Shown here piece after piece: positions 11,376-24,095 of a stretch of DNA of 64,000 nt. Position 1 is the first letter of the stretch; the number at the start of each line of letters is the position of its first letter. The position numbers were made by a program, and so were the translations under genes. The notes beneath the pieces are model-generated. The model had not been told where the DNA came from, ran no database searches, and was given only the letters and a program-made list of their open reading frames with translations. The DNA lies in assembly GCA_038087875.1 (NCBI GenBank), contig CM075994.1, positions 10,914,001 to 10,978,000 of the forward strand, given 5' to 3'. This DNA is from Malacoraja senta (taxonomy: Eukaryota).

Positions 11376-14300
11376 ATGCCTACTTTGAAGAAGTTCTCCT
11401 CCTCTCTCCGGAGACAGTTTCACGTCCTCCTCTCTAACTGCCCCCCTCTGTGATCCCGCCTTCCCTCCAACTCTACGACAACATCCTTACCCAGACTCGA
11501 TACCACAGCCACATTTGCTTCCTCGGGGCATGCTTGTGCCTCCATCTCATACCTCATGGCTTCCAGCTCCAGTTCCCTACCTCCCAGTTCGGACCCCAGC
11601 CGGACTATCGGTACCAAATGGCTATCTACCGGCATACACAACAATTCTCCAACCGGGCACTGAGATCTACTCTGACTGCGATGCGCCGGCACCAGCAGGC
11701 CCTCGCATTGACTCTCCCGAAACCTCGGGCCTCACTCACCCAGACCTGCAACGGACCACAACTATATTTCATCCGCCGGAAGATCCACCTCTTCAATCAA
11801 CGATTCCTGGCCCACCTTAACTCCACCAAGGACCTGAAATTAGCCCGCCTCCAGGCCGCTCCCGCCGCCGACACTCGGGCCCCAACTCTGGCCTGCATCG
11901 CCTGCCCGAGTCCCGCGACGCCATCTTGGCCACGCGGAGCGCCTCCAGTACTCACCAGGACGCCGCCTTCGCCGACCTCCACGTCAATGTTGCTGCCGAC
12001 CTTCACCTGCCTACCGATGATGCCCAGCCTTGCCACTTCAACGGTAACTCAGACTTCCTCCCCCTCGCCGATTCCTCCAACTATCGCCACCATGACGCGA
12101 CCGCCTAACCCCGCCGCCCCCCGGGACCGCCTAACCTCACCGACGCACTGCGCCCGCCGACTATCACAGCCGCACCCGGCCCACCTAACATCGCCGTCGC
12201 ACTGGGCCCATCCAGCATCGCCGCCGGACCGGGCCCACTGAACATCGCCGTCGCACTGGGCCCGCCCAATATTGCCGTCGCACTGGGCATATTGAACATC
12301 GCCGCCGGACCGGACCTACTCAACATGGCTGCCGGAACGGGGCTCCCAGAACATGGCCGCCGCACCGTACCCGACTCATCTCGCCGCCTCATCAGGTTGG
12401 CCGAAACGCGCCGCCCCACTGACTATCCGCCCACCGGGACCTCCCACGCATCGCCCGCGGACCCCGACTCTACTGCCCACGGACTCCTACCATCGGGTCC
12501 GCTGACCCTCCCCACTGCACCTCCCTCCAGCAGCCGTCACCTCACCTGCAAACTGGACTCTGCACTGGGCCCGAAGCCTCCACGCTGCTGATTCCCACTC
12601 CTCTGGGTTTGACTACACTGGGTCCTAGTGCCGGTCCCCCCAACTCTGGTAACCTCAGTGGCAGTTCCACTGGGTCTTCCCCATCCCCCTCTAACTATGT
12701 GACCCCTGCTCTTCCCCACCCACACCACAGCCCTTTCACCCTCCCACCCCCTGACCACCCATGACTCCCCCACCACACATCGCCTCGTCCCCAGTCCACC
12801 CACCTGCCTTCCTCCGGCCAGAACCCCCATCCCTGCCGTGTGTTCACCATCCCCCCCCGACCTCCCCCTCTCCGACACCGAACGGTCTGTCCTCAGCAGA
12901 GGTCTTACCTTTGTCCCCCTCCGTCCCCACCTCAATGAGTTCCGTGCCCACCATGACTTGGAGCTCTTCTACCGTCGCCTCAGCCTCACAGCGTTCTTCC
13001 ATGGGAAGGAGTCCTCGCCCCCCATTGATGATCCCATTTCCCGTCTCCAACGCACCCCCTCCTCATGGACCCCCCCTCGTGGCACTCCGGCTTTAGAACT
13101 TTTTATCCAAAACTGCCGTCGCGACATCAACCGCCTAAACTTCTCCACTCCCCTGTCTCACTCCAATCTCTCCCCCCCTGAACGCACTGCCATCGACTCA
13201 CTCCGCAACAACCCACACTGGGTTATCAAACCCGCCGACAAGGGAGGTGCCGTGGTAGTCTGGCGCGCCGATCTCTACAAAGCTGAAGCCACGCGCCAAC
13301 TCTCGGACACCTCCTCCTACTTACCCCTGGACCATGACCCCACTGACGAGCACCAGGCCACTATCTCTAGCACAATCACCGACTTCATCAACTCCCATGC
13401 CCTGCCTGACCGAGCCTCCAACCTCATCGTTCCCCAGCCCCGCACGGCCCGATTTTACCTTCTCCCCAAAATCCACAAACCTGACTGTCCCGGTAGACCC
13501 ATTGGCTCTGCCTGTTCGTGCCCCACCAAACTCATTTCAACCTACCTTGACTCCATCCTATCCCCCTTGGTTAAATCCCTCCCTACCTATGTTAAATACA
13601 CCTCAGACACTCTCCGTCGTCTCCGCGCATTCCATTCTCTAGGCCCTCACCCCCTCATCTTCACCATGGACGTCCAGTCACTCTACACCATCCCCCACCA
13701 GGATGGTCTCAAAGCCCTCCGGTTCTTCCTCGACCAGAGAAGCAACTTATACCCGGCCACTGATACTCTCCTCCACCTAGAGGAGTTGGTCCTCACCCTC
13801 AATAACTTTTCGTTTGACTCCTCCCATTTCTTCCAAATACAAGGCGTAGCTATGGGCACCAGCTACTCCTGCCTCTTTGTCGGGTACGTCGAACAATCCT
13901 TGTTCGATACGTACCAGGGCCCCATCCCCGACCTCCAGCTCCGCTACATCGATGACTGCTTTGGTGCCACCTCCTGCACCCACTGACTGACTTCATCCAC
14001 TTCACCACCAACTTCCATCCGGCACTCAAATACACCTGGACCATTTCCGACACTTACCTACCATTCCTTGACCTCACTATCTCCATCGCAGGTGATAGAC
14101 TTCTGACCGACATTCACTATAAACCTACTGACTCCCATGGCTACCTGGACTACACTTCTTCCCACCCTGCTTCCTGCAAGGACTCCATCCCCTACTCCCA
14201 GTTCCACACCAGGGCATCTGAAATGTCCTCATTCTTCAGGGAACGGGGGTTCCCCTCCTCCACCATAGATGAGGCTCGCACCAGGGTCTCTTCCATACCC

Positions 14301-14960
14301 CGCAACACTGCTTTCTCCCCATCCCCCCACTGGCAACAAGGGCAGAGTCCCCCTAGTCCTCACCTTTCATCCCACCAGCCGTCACATACAACAAGTAATC
14401 CTCCGTCAGTTTCGCCACCTCCAACGTGACTCCACCACTCGCCACATCTTCTCATCTCCCCCCATGTCTGCCTTCCGCAAAGACCGCTCCCTCCGTAACT
14501 CCCTTGTCAATTCTTCCCTTCCCTCCCGTACTACCCTCTCCCCGGACACTTTCCCTTGCAACCGCAAGAGATGCTACACTTGTCGCTTTACCCCCCCCTC
14601 GACTCCATTCAAGGACCCAAGCAGTCTTTCCAGGTGCGACAGAGGTTCACCTGCATCTCCTCCAACCTCATCTATTGCATCCGCTGCTCTAGATGTCAGC
14701 TGATCTACATCGGTGAGACCAAGCGGAGGCTTGGCGATCGTTTCGCCGAACACCTCCGCTCGGTCCGCATTAACCAACCTGACCTCCCGGTGGCTCAGCA
14801 CTTCAACTCCCCCTCCCATTCCGTATCCGACCTCTCTCTCCTGGGTCTCCTCCATGGCCAGAGCGAGCAACACCAGAAATTGGAGGAACAGCACCTCATA
14901 TTCCGCTTGGGGAGGCTGCATCCTGGGGGCATGAACATTGAATTCTCCCAATTTTGTTAG
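11376..14960 (+). pseudogene. Penelope polyprotein (N-terminal region, RT, GIY-YIG endonuclease), frameshifted
   Basis: IKPADKGGAVV, FYLLPKIHK, DVQSLYT, GVAMG and YIDD in ORF 12838-13986. NLIYCIRC...YIGETKRRLGDRFAEH in ORF 14556-14960. Confidence 0.92.
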
Positions 14961-17770
14961 CCCCTGCTGTCTCCTCCCCTTCCTATCTCTCCCTCAGCGC
15001 TCGGGCTCCTCCTCCTTTTTCCTATCTTCTCCCCGCCCTCCACCCCCTATCAGTCTGAAGAAGGGTTTCGGCCCGAAACTTTGCCTATTTCCTTCGCTCC
15101 ATAGATGCTGCTGCACCCGCTGTGTTTCTCCAGCATTTTTGTGTACCTTCAAGCATCTGCAGTTCCTTCTTAAACAGGGTTAGACAGTAAGTAGTCTGAC
15201 CATCAGGTGACGCCACACTTAAAAAAAAATTATACCATACAATAACACGTTACCTGATTGAATCAGGTAAAAAAAATAACATTGTGGTGTCTATGACATA
15301 CAGACTCTTGAATGCTTTTGTTTTTCAAATGAAACCGTTCTTATATTTTATCACTAACGTCTACTTGATGGATGCAATGTATTTCCATTATCTTTCATGG
15401 GTTTGCCAAGCCTTGATACAGACTCCCTTTTTGTGCAACATGTGTTTCTAACATGAGCTCACTTACATTCATTTCTCATAACTTACTTGATGGATGAGAA
15501 TCATCTGTTAAAGGGCAAAGTCATGTTTATAATCTACAAGAATCACTGTCTTTTCTTTTGCTGTTGTAGTTTATGAGCTTTCTTTGCAAGCTTCTGGGCT
15601 ACGTCCATCTTTTGCTTTGCTCCACGCTTATTCTCCATAGGCTTTGTCAAAGCTAGACTTTTGCGAAGCTCTTCTGTGACTTTTCTGTTTTCCTCCAGCT
15701 CTTCTGCATACCGCTTCCTTGCAGTCTGATGTTATGACACATCTTGACATCTACTGGGTCATGCTTTGGGTTCTTTTGTGTGTACAGCTGTAGATCACTT
15801 TTCCCAGTTGCGCGGATGCCATACTTGACGGTCTCAATTCAAGATTCAAGAGAGTTTATTGTCATGTGTCCCTGATAGGACAATGAAATTCTTGCTTTGC
15901 TTCAGCACAACAGAACATAGTAGGCATTGACTACAAAATAGATCAGTGTGTCCATATACCATTATATAAATATACTAGACTAAGTGGGACCCGTTGGGTC
16001 CCAGCATCACACGGGAAGGCTGGTCACCCAACGCAATATTCCACCTCTCCACCAATTCCAATATTGCTGGCCAGTGGGGGGGGGGGGGGGGCGCTTTCAG
16101 TGGCGCTAGTATGGGTGTTGTGTGCCGAAGGTACTGGTTTCCAGAGGGCTAGTATGGAGTTTGTGGGCCAAATGGATTCTTGGGCTGGCAGCTCAGTCAA
16201 TGAGGCCAGGCAGCTCAGTCACTGAGGCCTGGCAGTACAATCACTCGGAACTGGCAGGCTGGCAGCTGAGAAACTGCCAGAAATCCTGCCCAAAACAGGT
16301 GACAGACTGAGAGAGGAGGAGAGGGTGGACTGAATGGATTATTGGGCTGGCAGTTCAGTCACTAACGGCTGGTGGGCTGGCAGTTCACTTACTCATGGCT
16401 TGTGGGCTGGCAGTGCAGTCACTGTTCACTCAGTCACTCAGTCACCCCACCGCCCTTCACTCCCCCACTGTGCTCCTTGCCATTCCCCTCCCACCGACAC
16501 ATTCAGTGCATCTCCCCACAACCTCCCCCCATGCACTCTTAGTGGCCCTCCCACAGAGCAGCCATTCCTGCCTATTAGGTTCCCATTGTGATGAAGAACA
16601 CGCAGGCATCAAAAGTGCAAAAAGGATTTATTAAAGTTTAAAATGTGAATGACTTAAAATATAAGAACAATTTAAATGTTAAAGATGAGAATTATTAAGT
16701 TCTTTCTTGTTGTGTCTCTTGTTGTGTTCTGCTGCTCACTGCCTCTTGATGACTATTTCCTGTTGATAAAAAGAGACAATTTTAATATAGAGAAATTCAG
16801 CGGTCAAATTTTAAGAAAGAAAATCTGAGAATTTATCTCAGAAGTCATCATTCAACGAAGCACGCTTTTAATGACAACATTCTTGGTCGATGTTCCATCC
16901 TTCAGGAAAACGTTGACATTTCCCTTCATCTTTCCTCGGCTAAGAGCCACATATAGTTGTCCATGCTGAAATACCGGTTTGTCGAGGTAGATCAACACCT
17001 TCTGCATTGTTTGTCCTTGTGCTTTATGGATCGTCATAGCAAAACTTGATTGAATGGGGAATTGTGACCGCTGAAGGGGAATGTCCACCTTCTGTCAAAA
17101 TGAGTGCTATCCTAGGAATGAGAACAATGTCATCTTTGAAGGCTCCCATGTTCATTTTTGCAACGATCAGATTATTGTGTAGCTCTTCCACAATCATGCT
17201 CGTTCTATTGCTTAGCTTTGGCGGCTCCAAGTTTCTCATTAATATGATTGGAGATTCTTTTTTCAACTCCAATTTGTTTGGTGGTAATCCAGAGAGCACG
17301 AGTGAATCGAGGAATCCTGTTGGGAAGTGAGTATCATGAGTTCCCTCAGTGACAGCATTGAAAGAAAAGTACTCCTTAACGATTCCAGGGAAGCATCTGA
17401 TGCATGTAGAATTGATGCTTCTCATGGTATCGTTGTGAGGAACCAAGATACAATTGTTGGAGAATAATTTTGCAGGATTGTCAAATGTGGGATAGATGAA
17501 ATCAATACAATCCTCCAGTTTCTGCTGATAGAAGAAGCATGTCTTGTGGGATTTCAATTTCATCGTCTTCATTCTTTAAAATCTTGTCTTCTCCAACTTT
17601 CAACAAAAATTGAGAATAGTCGCCTTCTCCCTCTCAATCGCATATTTGTGTGCAATTGAAACTTGGTGAAAAGTCTCCACAAGTAGGATTTCTTGATGCA
17701 GGCATTTTCAACATCAGCATAATTTCCCCTTTTCACCACAGCAAGTAGTTGTCGAAAATCGCCACAACAA

Positions 17771-20700
17771 TGAAATGAAATGAAATGAAATTCTTTATTG
17801 TCATTATAACATGTAAACATGTACAACAAAATTAAAAATGCCAACCAGTCAGTGCACCATTCACACAGTATCTAAAAGCTAACGATACGTAAAAGAGAAA
17901 TATCTAAAATAAACAACTAAAATAAATAACATGAAAAAAACAAGCATAAACACACAACCATACATTCTTCTGTCGATTTCACAATCCCTTTGGTATGTAG
18001 CGCACCTGCGCTCATTTGGTGGCTACATTAAGTGTAGTTATTGCTGTGGGATAAAAACTGTTTTTGAGTCTGTTTGTCCTTGTCCTCATTGATCTGTACC
18101 GTCTGCCTGATGGCAACAGTTCAAACAGGGAGTGTCCGGGGTGGGAAATGTCCTTTATAATGTTCTGGGATTTCTTGAGACAGTGGGAACTGTGTAAGTC
18201 CTCCAAGGTGAGGAGAGGGCAGCCGACAATCTTCTGGGCGTTGTCAATAGCCCTCTGGAGCGCTTTCCTCTTAGCCGCTGTGCAGCTGGTGTACCACACG
18301 CGTACACAGTATGTTAGGATGCTCTCTATGGAGCACCGATAAAAGGACAGCAGCAGTCTCTGGGTGATGTTGTTCTTCCTGAGCACCCTCAGGAAGTGCA
18401 GTCTCTGCTGGACCTTTTTCAGCAGCGCAGAGGTGTTCACGCTCCATGTCAGGTCCTCCTCAATGTGGATTCCCAGGAAGCGGAAATCCGCCACCCTCTC
18501 CACAGTCCCCTCTGATGATTAATGGTGTAATGTCCGTTTTCTTCTTCCTGTAGTCTATTATGAGCTCCTTGGTCTTTGAGGTGTTGAGGAGCAGGTTATT
18601 CTCTCCACACCACACTGTCAGCTGCTCCACCTCATCCCTGTAGGCGTACTCATCCCCCCCAGAGATGAGCCCCACCACCGTGGTGTCATCTGCGAATTTG
18701 ACAATGGTGTTACTGTGGTGGGCGGGGGTGCAGTCATATGTGTATATGGTGTAAAGCAGGGGGCTCAGCACGCAGTCCTGTGGAGAGCCGGTACTGAGGC
18801 TGAGGGCCGTAGATGTGTGATGGCCCACTCTGACTCTCTGACTGCGACCCGACAGGAAGCTATTGATCCACATGCAGGTGGAGTGTGGAAGTCCCAGGTC
18901 CCCCAGTTTGTGGGGAAGGATGGTGTTAAAAGCAGAGCTGTAGTCCACAAAGAGCATCCGCACGTAGCTCCCCCGCTGCTCCAGGTGGGACAGTGCAGCA
19001 TGGAGGGCTGTGGCTACAGCGTCCTCTGTGGATCTGTTCGCTCTATACGCAAACTGGTGGGGGTCAAAGCTTCGGGGCAGGAGTGATGTGATGTGACCCC
19101 GGACCAGTTTTTCAAAGCACTTCATCACCACTGGTGTGAGTGCGACTGGCCGGTAGTCGTTGAGGCTGGAAATGTGGGGGGTTTTGGGCAAGGGGACTAT
19201 GGTGGAGGACTTCAGACAGGGTGGGACAGTGGACTGGGACAGAGACTGGTAGAAAATCCTCGTAAAGACTCCAGCCAGCTGGTCTGCGCAGTCCTTCAGC
19301 ACGCGTCCAGAGACGCCGTCGGGTCCTGCAGCCTTCCTCGGATTGTTGGCCCGCAGTGTGCGCCTCACCTCATGCTCCTCTATTTTGAGGGATAAGCTGC
19401 TGTGGACCATGTGGTGTGATATAATAATAATAATAATAATAATGCATTTTATTTGCTGGCGCCTTTCTAGACACCCAAGGACACCTTACGGGACATAAAA
19501 TCACAATACATTTATCAATATTAAAATCTAGTTGATTTAAAAACAAAAAAAACAAAAAATACACAAAACATTTTAAGTCATTAAAATCAGGGTGAATATG
19601 GTGGAAGTTATGTCGGGTATGCTAATCTAAACAGGTGTGTTTTGAGTTGTGATTTGAATTGATCGATAGTGTCCAGGTGACGGATGGGAGGTGGGAGAGT
19701 GTTCCAGAGACGTGGGGCAGAGCAGCTGAAGGCTCTGGCACCCATGGTGCTGAGTCTAAATGTGGGGACAGTTAAAATTGCAGCTACGGCTGTCTCTGGT
19801 GGCTCCACTTCAAAGCGAGCAAAGAAGAGGTTCAGCTCCTCTGCCAATGAGGCGTCACCTTCAGCAGCTCCAAGGTTGGTCTTGTAGTTGGTGAGATACT
19901 GGATCCCCTGCCACACCTGCCTGCTGTTGTTACTGTCCAGGTGGTCCTCTATCCTCCTCCTGTAGTCTGATTTGGCCTCTGATGCTTCTCTTCAGGTTAG
20001 CTCGGGCCGTGCTGTATAAAGCCCTATCGCCAGACCTAAAAGTGGTGTTCCTCTCTTTTAACAGCCGCTGGACCTCCCGGGTCATCCAGGGCTTCTGGTT
20101 GGGGTAGACCCGGATGCGTTTGTCCACTGTGACAATATCCATGCAGTTTTTAATGTAACATAGTACACTGTCTGTGAACACCTCCAGGTCCTGGTGTTCA
20201 AACACATCCCAGTTGGTCCTGTCGAAGCAGTCCTGCAGCTGCTGAGAGGCACCATCAGGCCAGGTTGTGATGGTCTTTGTGATGGTAGGAGCAGTTTTCC
20301 TGAGGGGGGCATATGCAGGAATTAAAAGCAGGGACATATGGTCAGACTGGCCCAGGTGTGGTAGTGATCTAGCCCTGTAGCCCAGCTTGATGTTGGAGTG
20401 GACCTTGTCCAGTGTGTTAGCTCCTCTTGTAGCACATTTAACATGCTGGTAGAATTTGGGGAGCATTGCCTTCAAGTCCGCGTGATTAAAGTCCCCTGCC
20501 ATGATGTGAACAGCGTCAGGATATGTGCTCTGCTGGCTGCTAGTGCTACCATACAAATGTCCGATAGCCGAGTTAGCATTAGCATCCGGTGGTATGTATA
20601 CAACAGTTATCATGACGACAGTAAACTCTCTAGGGAGATAAATGGGCCTGCATTTAACAGTCACATACTCCAGGTCCGGGGAGCAGTGACTGTCTACAAT

Positions 20701-21300
20701 CACTGTGTTAGTACACCAGTTGGTGTTCACGTACACACAGAGCCCTCCTCCTCTGCTCTTACCGGACTCTCTTGTCCTGTCATGACGCTGTGCGGTGTAG
20801 CCTGCTAGCTCGATAGCAGAGTCCGGAATGAATGAATGAAGCCAGGTCTCCGTGATCAACAGAATGCAGCTGTCCTTCACGGCATTGTTAGCTGCAGTCT
20901 GTAGCCTCAGTTCATCCATCTTGTTAGCGTGGGATCTGGCGTTCGTGAGAAACAGGCTGGGAAGCGGTGGTTTGAGTGGCTGCCTCCGTAGCCTGGCTAG
21001 CGCGCCGGCCCTGCAGCCTCGCTTTTGCCTTCTCTGCGCCGCCTTCGCCTCCTCCCCGCGGGGATGGTAATCCACGGAGAGCCGGGGCTCCTCGCTATGT
21101 CCACCGGGATCTTGTGTGAACGGACAAACTCGGTTGTAACACTCCGCTCGTGACCAGCTCCAATCCTAAGGAGATCATGCTGGCCGTAGACGTTGTTCGC
21201 CCGACAGAAAGTACACAGGACAAAAAACAACACGTACACAAAAAGCACGAAGCACCGATCGAAAGAACATTGAGCTGCCGCAACTGTGTGCGCCGCCAGT
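17771..21300 (-). mobile_element. Rex1/Babar-type LINE, essentially full length, with 5-bp TSD
   Basis: APE ORF 19930-21075 (ITETWL, VYIPP, AGDFN, SDH), RT ORF 18460-19410 ([27 protein letters not shown]), C-terminus 18012-18503. (ATTTC)n tail at 17771-17790. AACAA at 17766-17770 and 21301-21305. Confidence 0.9.
19420..19778 (-). mobile_element. L2-clade LINE 3' fragment inserted in the Rex1 element
   Basis: Encodes GARAFSCSAPRLWNTLP...FKSQLKTHLFRLAY*, a typical L2 C-terminus. A 3' stem-loop and (TAT)n tail follow, and it interrupts the Rex1 ORF. Confidence 0.8.
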
Positions 21301-22039
21301 AACAAACGATAAGAATGCTGCCAAAAGGCTTAGTGTTGCTGCAGACATCTTGAAGAGTTCTGTCCACCGCTTCAAAGCTTTCTCTCCTAATCATTGGACA
21401 TTCATCCCAAACGATGACTTTCTCTTGCCTCATGAAATGTACCGTCATAGAGTTCTTCTCGATGTTGCAGAATGTATCCTCGGCCACTTGGATGGGTACC
21501 TTGAATGGAGAATGTGTAGTTCTTCCACCAGGCATTAATGTAGCTGCTATCCCAGAGGATGCTACAGCAATAGCCACATCACCTTGACCTCTAACTTTTC
21601 CTGACATGATGTCGAAAAAGCAGCCTAAAGACAATTTCAGTTGTTAATGAACACTGAAGAATTTGTGCAAAACATTTTTTGAGGCGGGGGCTGTCATGGT
21701 GGGGTGGGGGGTGGCAAACGTCGTGCAGCCAAGGGAGGGGGACAGCTTCAGGCAGGGGCTCTCGTCCGCTGATGAGAAAGGGGGGGTGTCCTCCAGCGGG
21801 GGATGTGGGCGGCTTCACTAGGGGGCAGGAGAGGGTGCATCATATAGCCAGGCGCAGGGCAGCGTCGAGGTGGGGGATGTCAGTGAGCGACTTACTCATG
21901 ACATCTGGACTCACTCACTGCCTTGGGATTAACTCATGGCCTTTGGACTGACTGACTGACGGCTTGCGGACTGATTAACTTATGCCCGACTTCTGGAGTC
22001 ACGTCCGACTTTTGTAAACTGAAAACTAACATCTACATT

Positions 22040-22386
22040 TGGGACGACAGATGGCGCAATGGGCTAAGTGTTCGGCTGGCAACCGGAAGGTAGCCGGTTC
22101 GAATCCCGCTTGAATGCATACTGTCGTTGTGTCCTTGGGCAAGACACTTCACCCACCTTTGCCTGCGTGTGAATGTGTGTATGTGTGTGAGTGATTGGTG
22201 GTGGTCGGAGGGGCCGTAGGCGCAGATTAGCAGCCACGCTTCCGTCAGTCTGCCCCAGGGCAGCTGTGGCTACAGAAGTAGCTCACCACCACCGAGTGTG
22301 ACTGAGGAGTGAATGAATAATGCGATGTAAAGCGCCTTGGGTATTAGAAAGGCGCTATATAAATCCAATCCATTATTATTATTATT
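22040..22386 (+). mobile_element. tRNA-derived CORE-like SINE with L2-type tail
   Basis: A box TGGCGCAATGG, B box GGTTCGAATCC, CORE-like GTGTCCTTGGGCAAGACACTT, tail GCGCCTTGGGTATTAGAAAGGCGC plus (TAT)n. Candidate TSD TACATT at 22034-22039 and 22386-22391. Confidence 0.8.
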
Positions 22387-22494
22387 ACATTGAGGAACAG
22401 CTTCTTCCTGACAGCCATCAGGCTATTAAACACAACAAATAAGCTCTGAACTACGAAAGACTATATTATTTGAGCTATTTGTTATTTGTTGATC

Positions 22495-24095
22495 ACGCAC
22501 ACCCTCCACCTCACACAGACACTCACACACAGACTCATATACACACACACAGACTAGTATACACACACACAGACTCATATACACACACACAGACTCATTC
22601 ACACACACATTTACACATACACACACAGTCATCCATACACACACACACACAAACGCATACACACACACACGCTTATTCACACATACACACACACACTCAT
22701 TCACACATGCACACATACACACATACACACACACTCATTCACACGTACACACACACTCATTCCCACACACAGACTCATTCACACACACACACAGACTCAT
22801 TCACACACACACAGACTCATTCACACACATACACACACACACACACACAGACTCATTCATACATACACACACACAGACTCATTCACACGCACACACACAG
22901 ACTCATTCACACATACACACACAGACTCATTCACACATACACACACACAGACTTATTCACACACACATACACACACAGGCTCATTCACATACACACACAC
23001 TCACAGACTCATTCACACATACACACACACAGACTCATTCACACATACACACAGACTCATATACACACACAGACTCATACACACACACACTTATTCACAC
23101 ACACACAGACTCATTCACACACACACACAGACTCACACACACGCAGTCATTCACACACACACACACGGACTCATACATACACACACACTCATACACACAG
23201 ACTCATTCTCACACCAACAGACTCATATACACACACAGACCCATACATACACACACTCATATACGCATACACACACACACACACATACACACACAGACTC
23301 ATTCACACACACACACACAGATTCATTCACACACAGACTCATTCACACACATATACACACAGACTCATTCACATACACACACACACTCACACACAGACTC
23401 ATTCACACATACACACACAGACTCATATACACACACACAGACTCATATACACACACACACAATCATATACACACAGAGTCATTCACACACAAACTCATTC
23501 ACACACATACTCATTCTAACACACACACATACTCATTCACACTCACACACACAGAGACTCATTCACACTCACACACACACAGACTCATTCACACACACAA
23601 TATTAAAATGCCAAGTAACTTCATAACATGTTGAATATACAGTGTGTAAAACAAATCTTTAAAGCTTGCTGTCGAGGCTGCTGCTGAAGCAAAATCATGC
23701 TTTAAATAACATCCAAGAAACACACCCGCCATAGCCAGAGCAGTAAACCTGAATTATTCAACAGCGCCTGCACTCGGCGCCATCTTGACGTCACACTCAT
23801 TCACACACACAAACACACACAGACTCATTCACACACACACACACACAGACTCATTCACACATACACACACACGGACTCAAATACACACACACACTCATAC
23901 ACACAGACTCATTCTCACACACACACAGACTCATTCTCACACACACACTCATATACACACACTGACTCATACACACACTCACATGCATACAAACACACAC
24001 ACTCATATACACACACAGACTCATTCACACACACACAGACTCATTCACACATACACTCACACAGACTCATTCACACATACACACACACACACAGA
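22495..24095. repeat. Compound CA-rich micro/minisatellite (ACAGACTCATTCACAC-type units) with a ~190-bp unique interruption at ~23600-23790
   Basis: Directly visible. It produces spurious His/Thr ORFs. Confidence 0.95.

Larger units (their letters stand above)
10908..15175 (+). mobile_element. Penelope-like element (RT plus GIY-YIG) with upstream pseudo-LTR and 12-bp TSD
   Basis: 10909-11340 duplicates 14758-15175. Flanked by AGGGTTAGACAG at 10896-10907 and 15176-15187. Confidence 0.93.
15975..21680 (-). mobile_element. Helitron (PIF1-like helicase remnant, no Rep domain seen), split by a Rex1 insertion; 5' end not located
   Basis: Minus-strand 3' end CTAG|T at 15978-15974 with hairpin TGGGACCC-GTT-GGGTCCCA (15985-16003). 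Helicase motifs VASSGIAATLMPGGRTTHS and VWDECPM (21301-21634), GDFRQLL, and FAMTIHKAQGQT...HGQLYVALSR (16852-17770). Confidence 0.88.

Noticed and set aside
16852..21634. Host PIF1 helicase gene
   Set aside because: It is intronless and frameshifted, and it lies upstream of a Helitron hairpin plus CTAG terminus.
22046..22115. tRNA gene
   Set aside because: The A and B boxes belong to a SINE head that continues into a CORE-like body and LINE-type tail.
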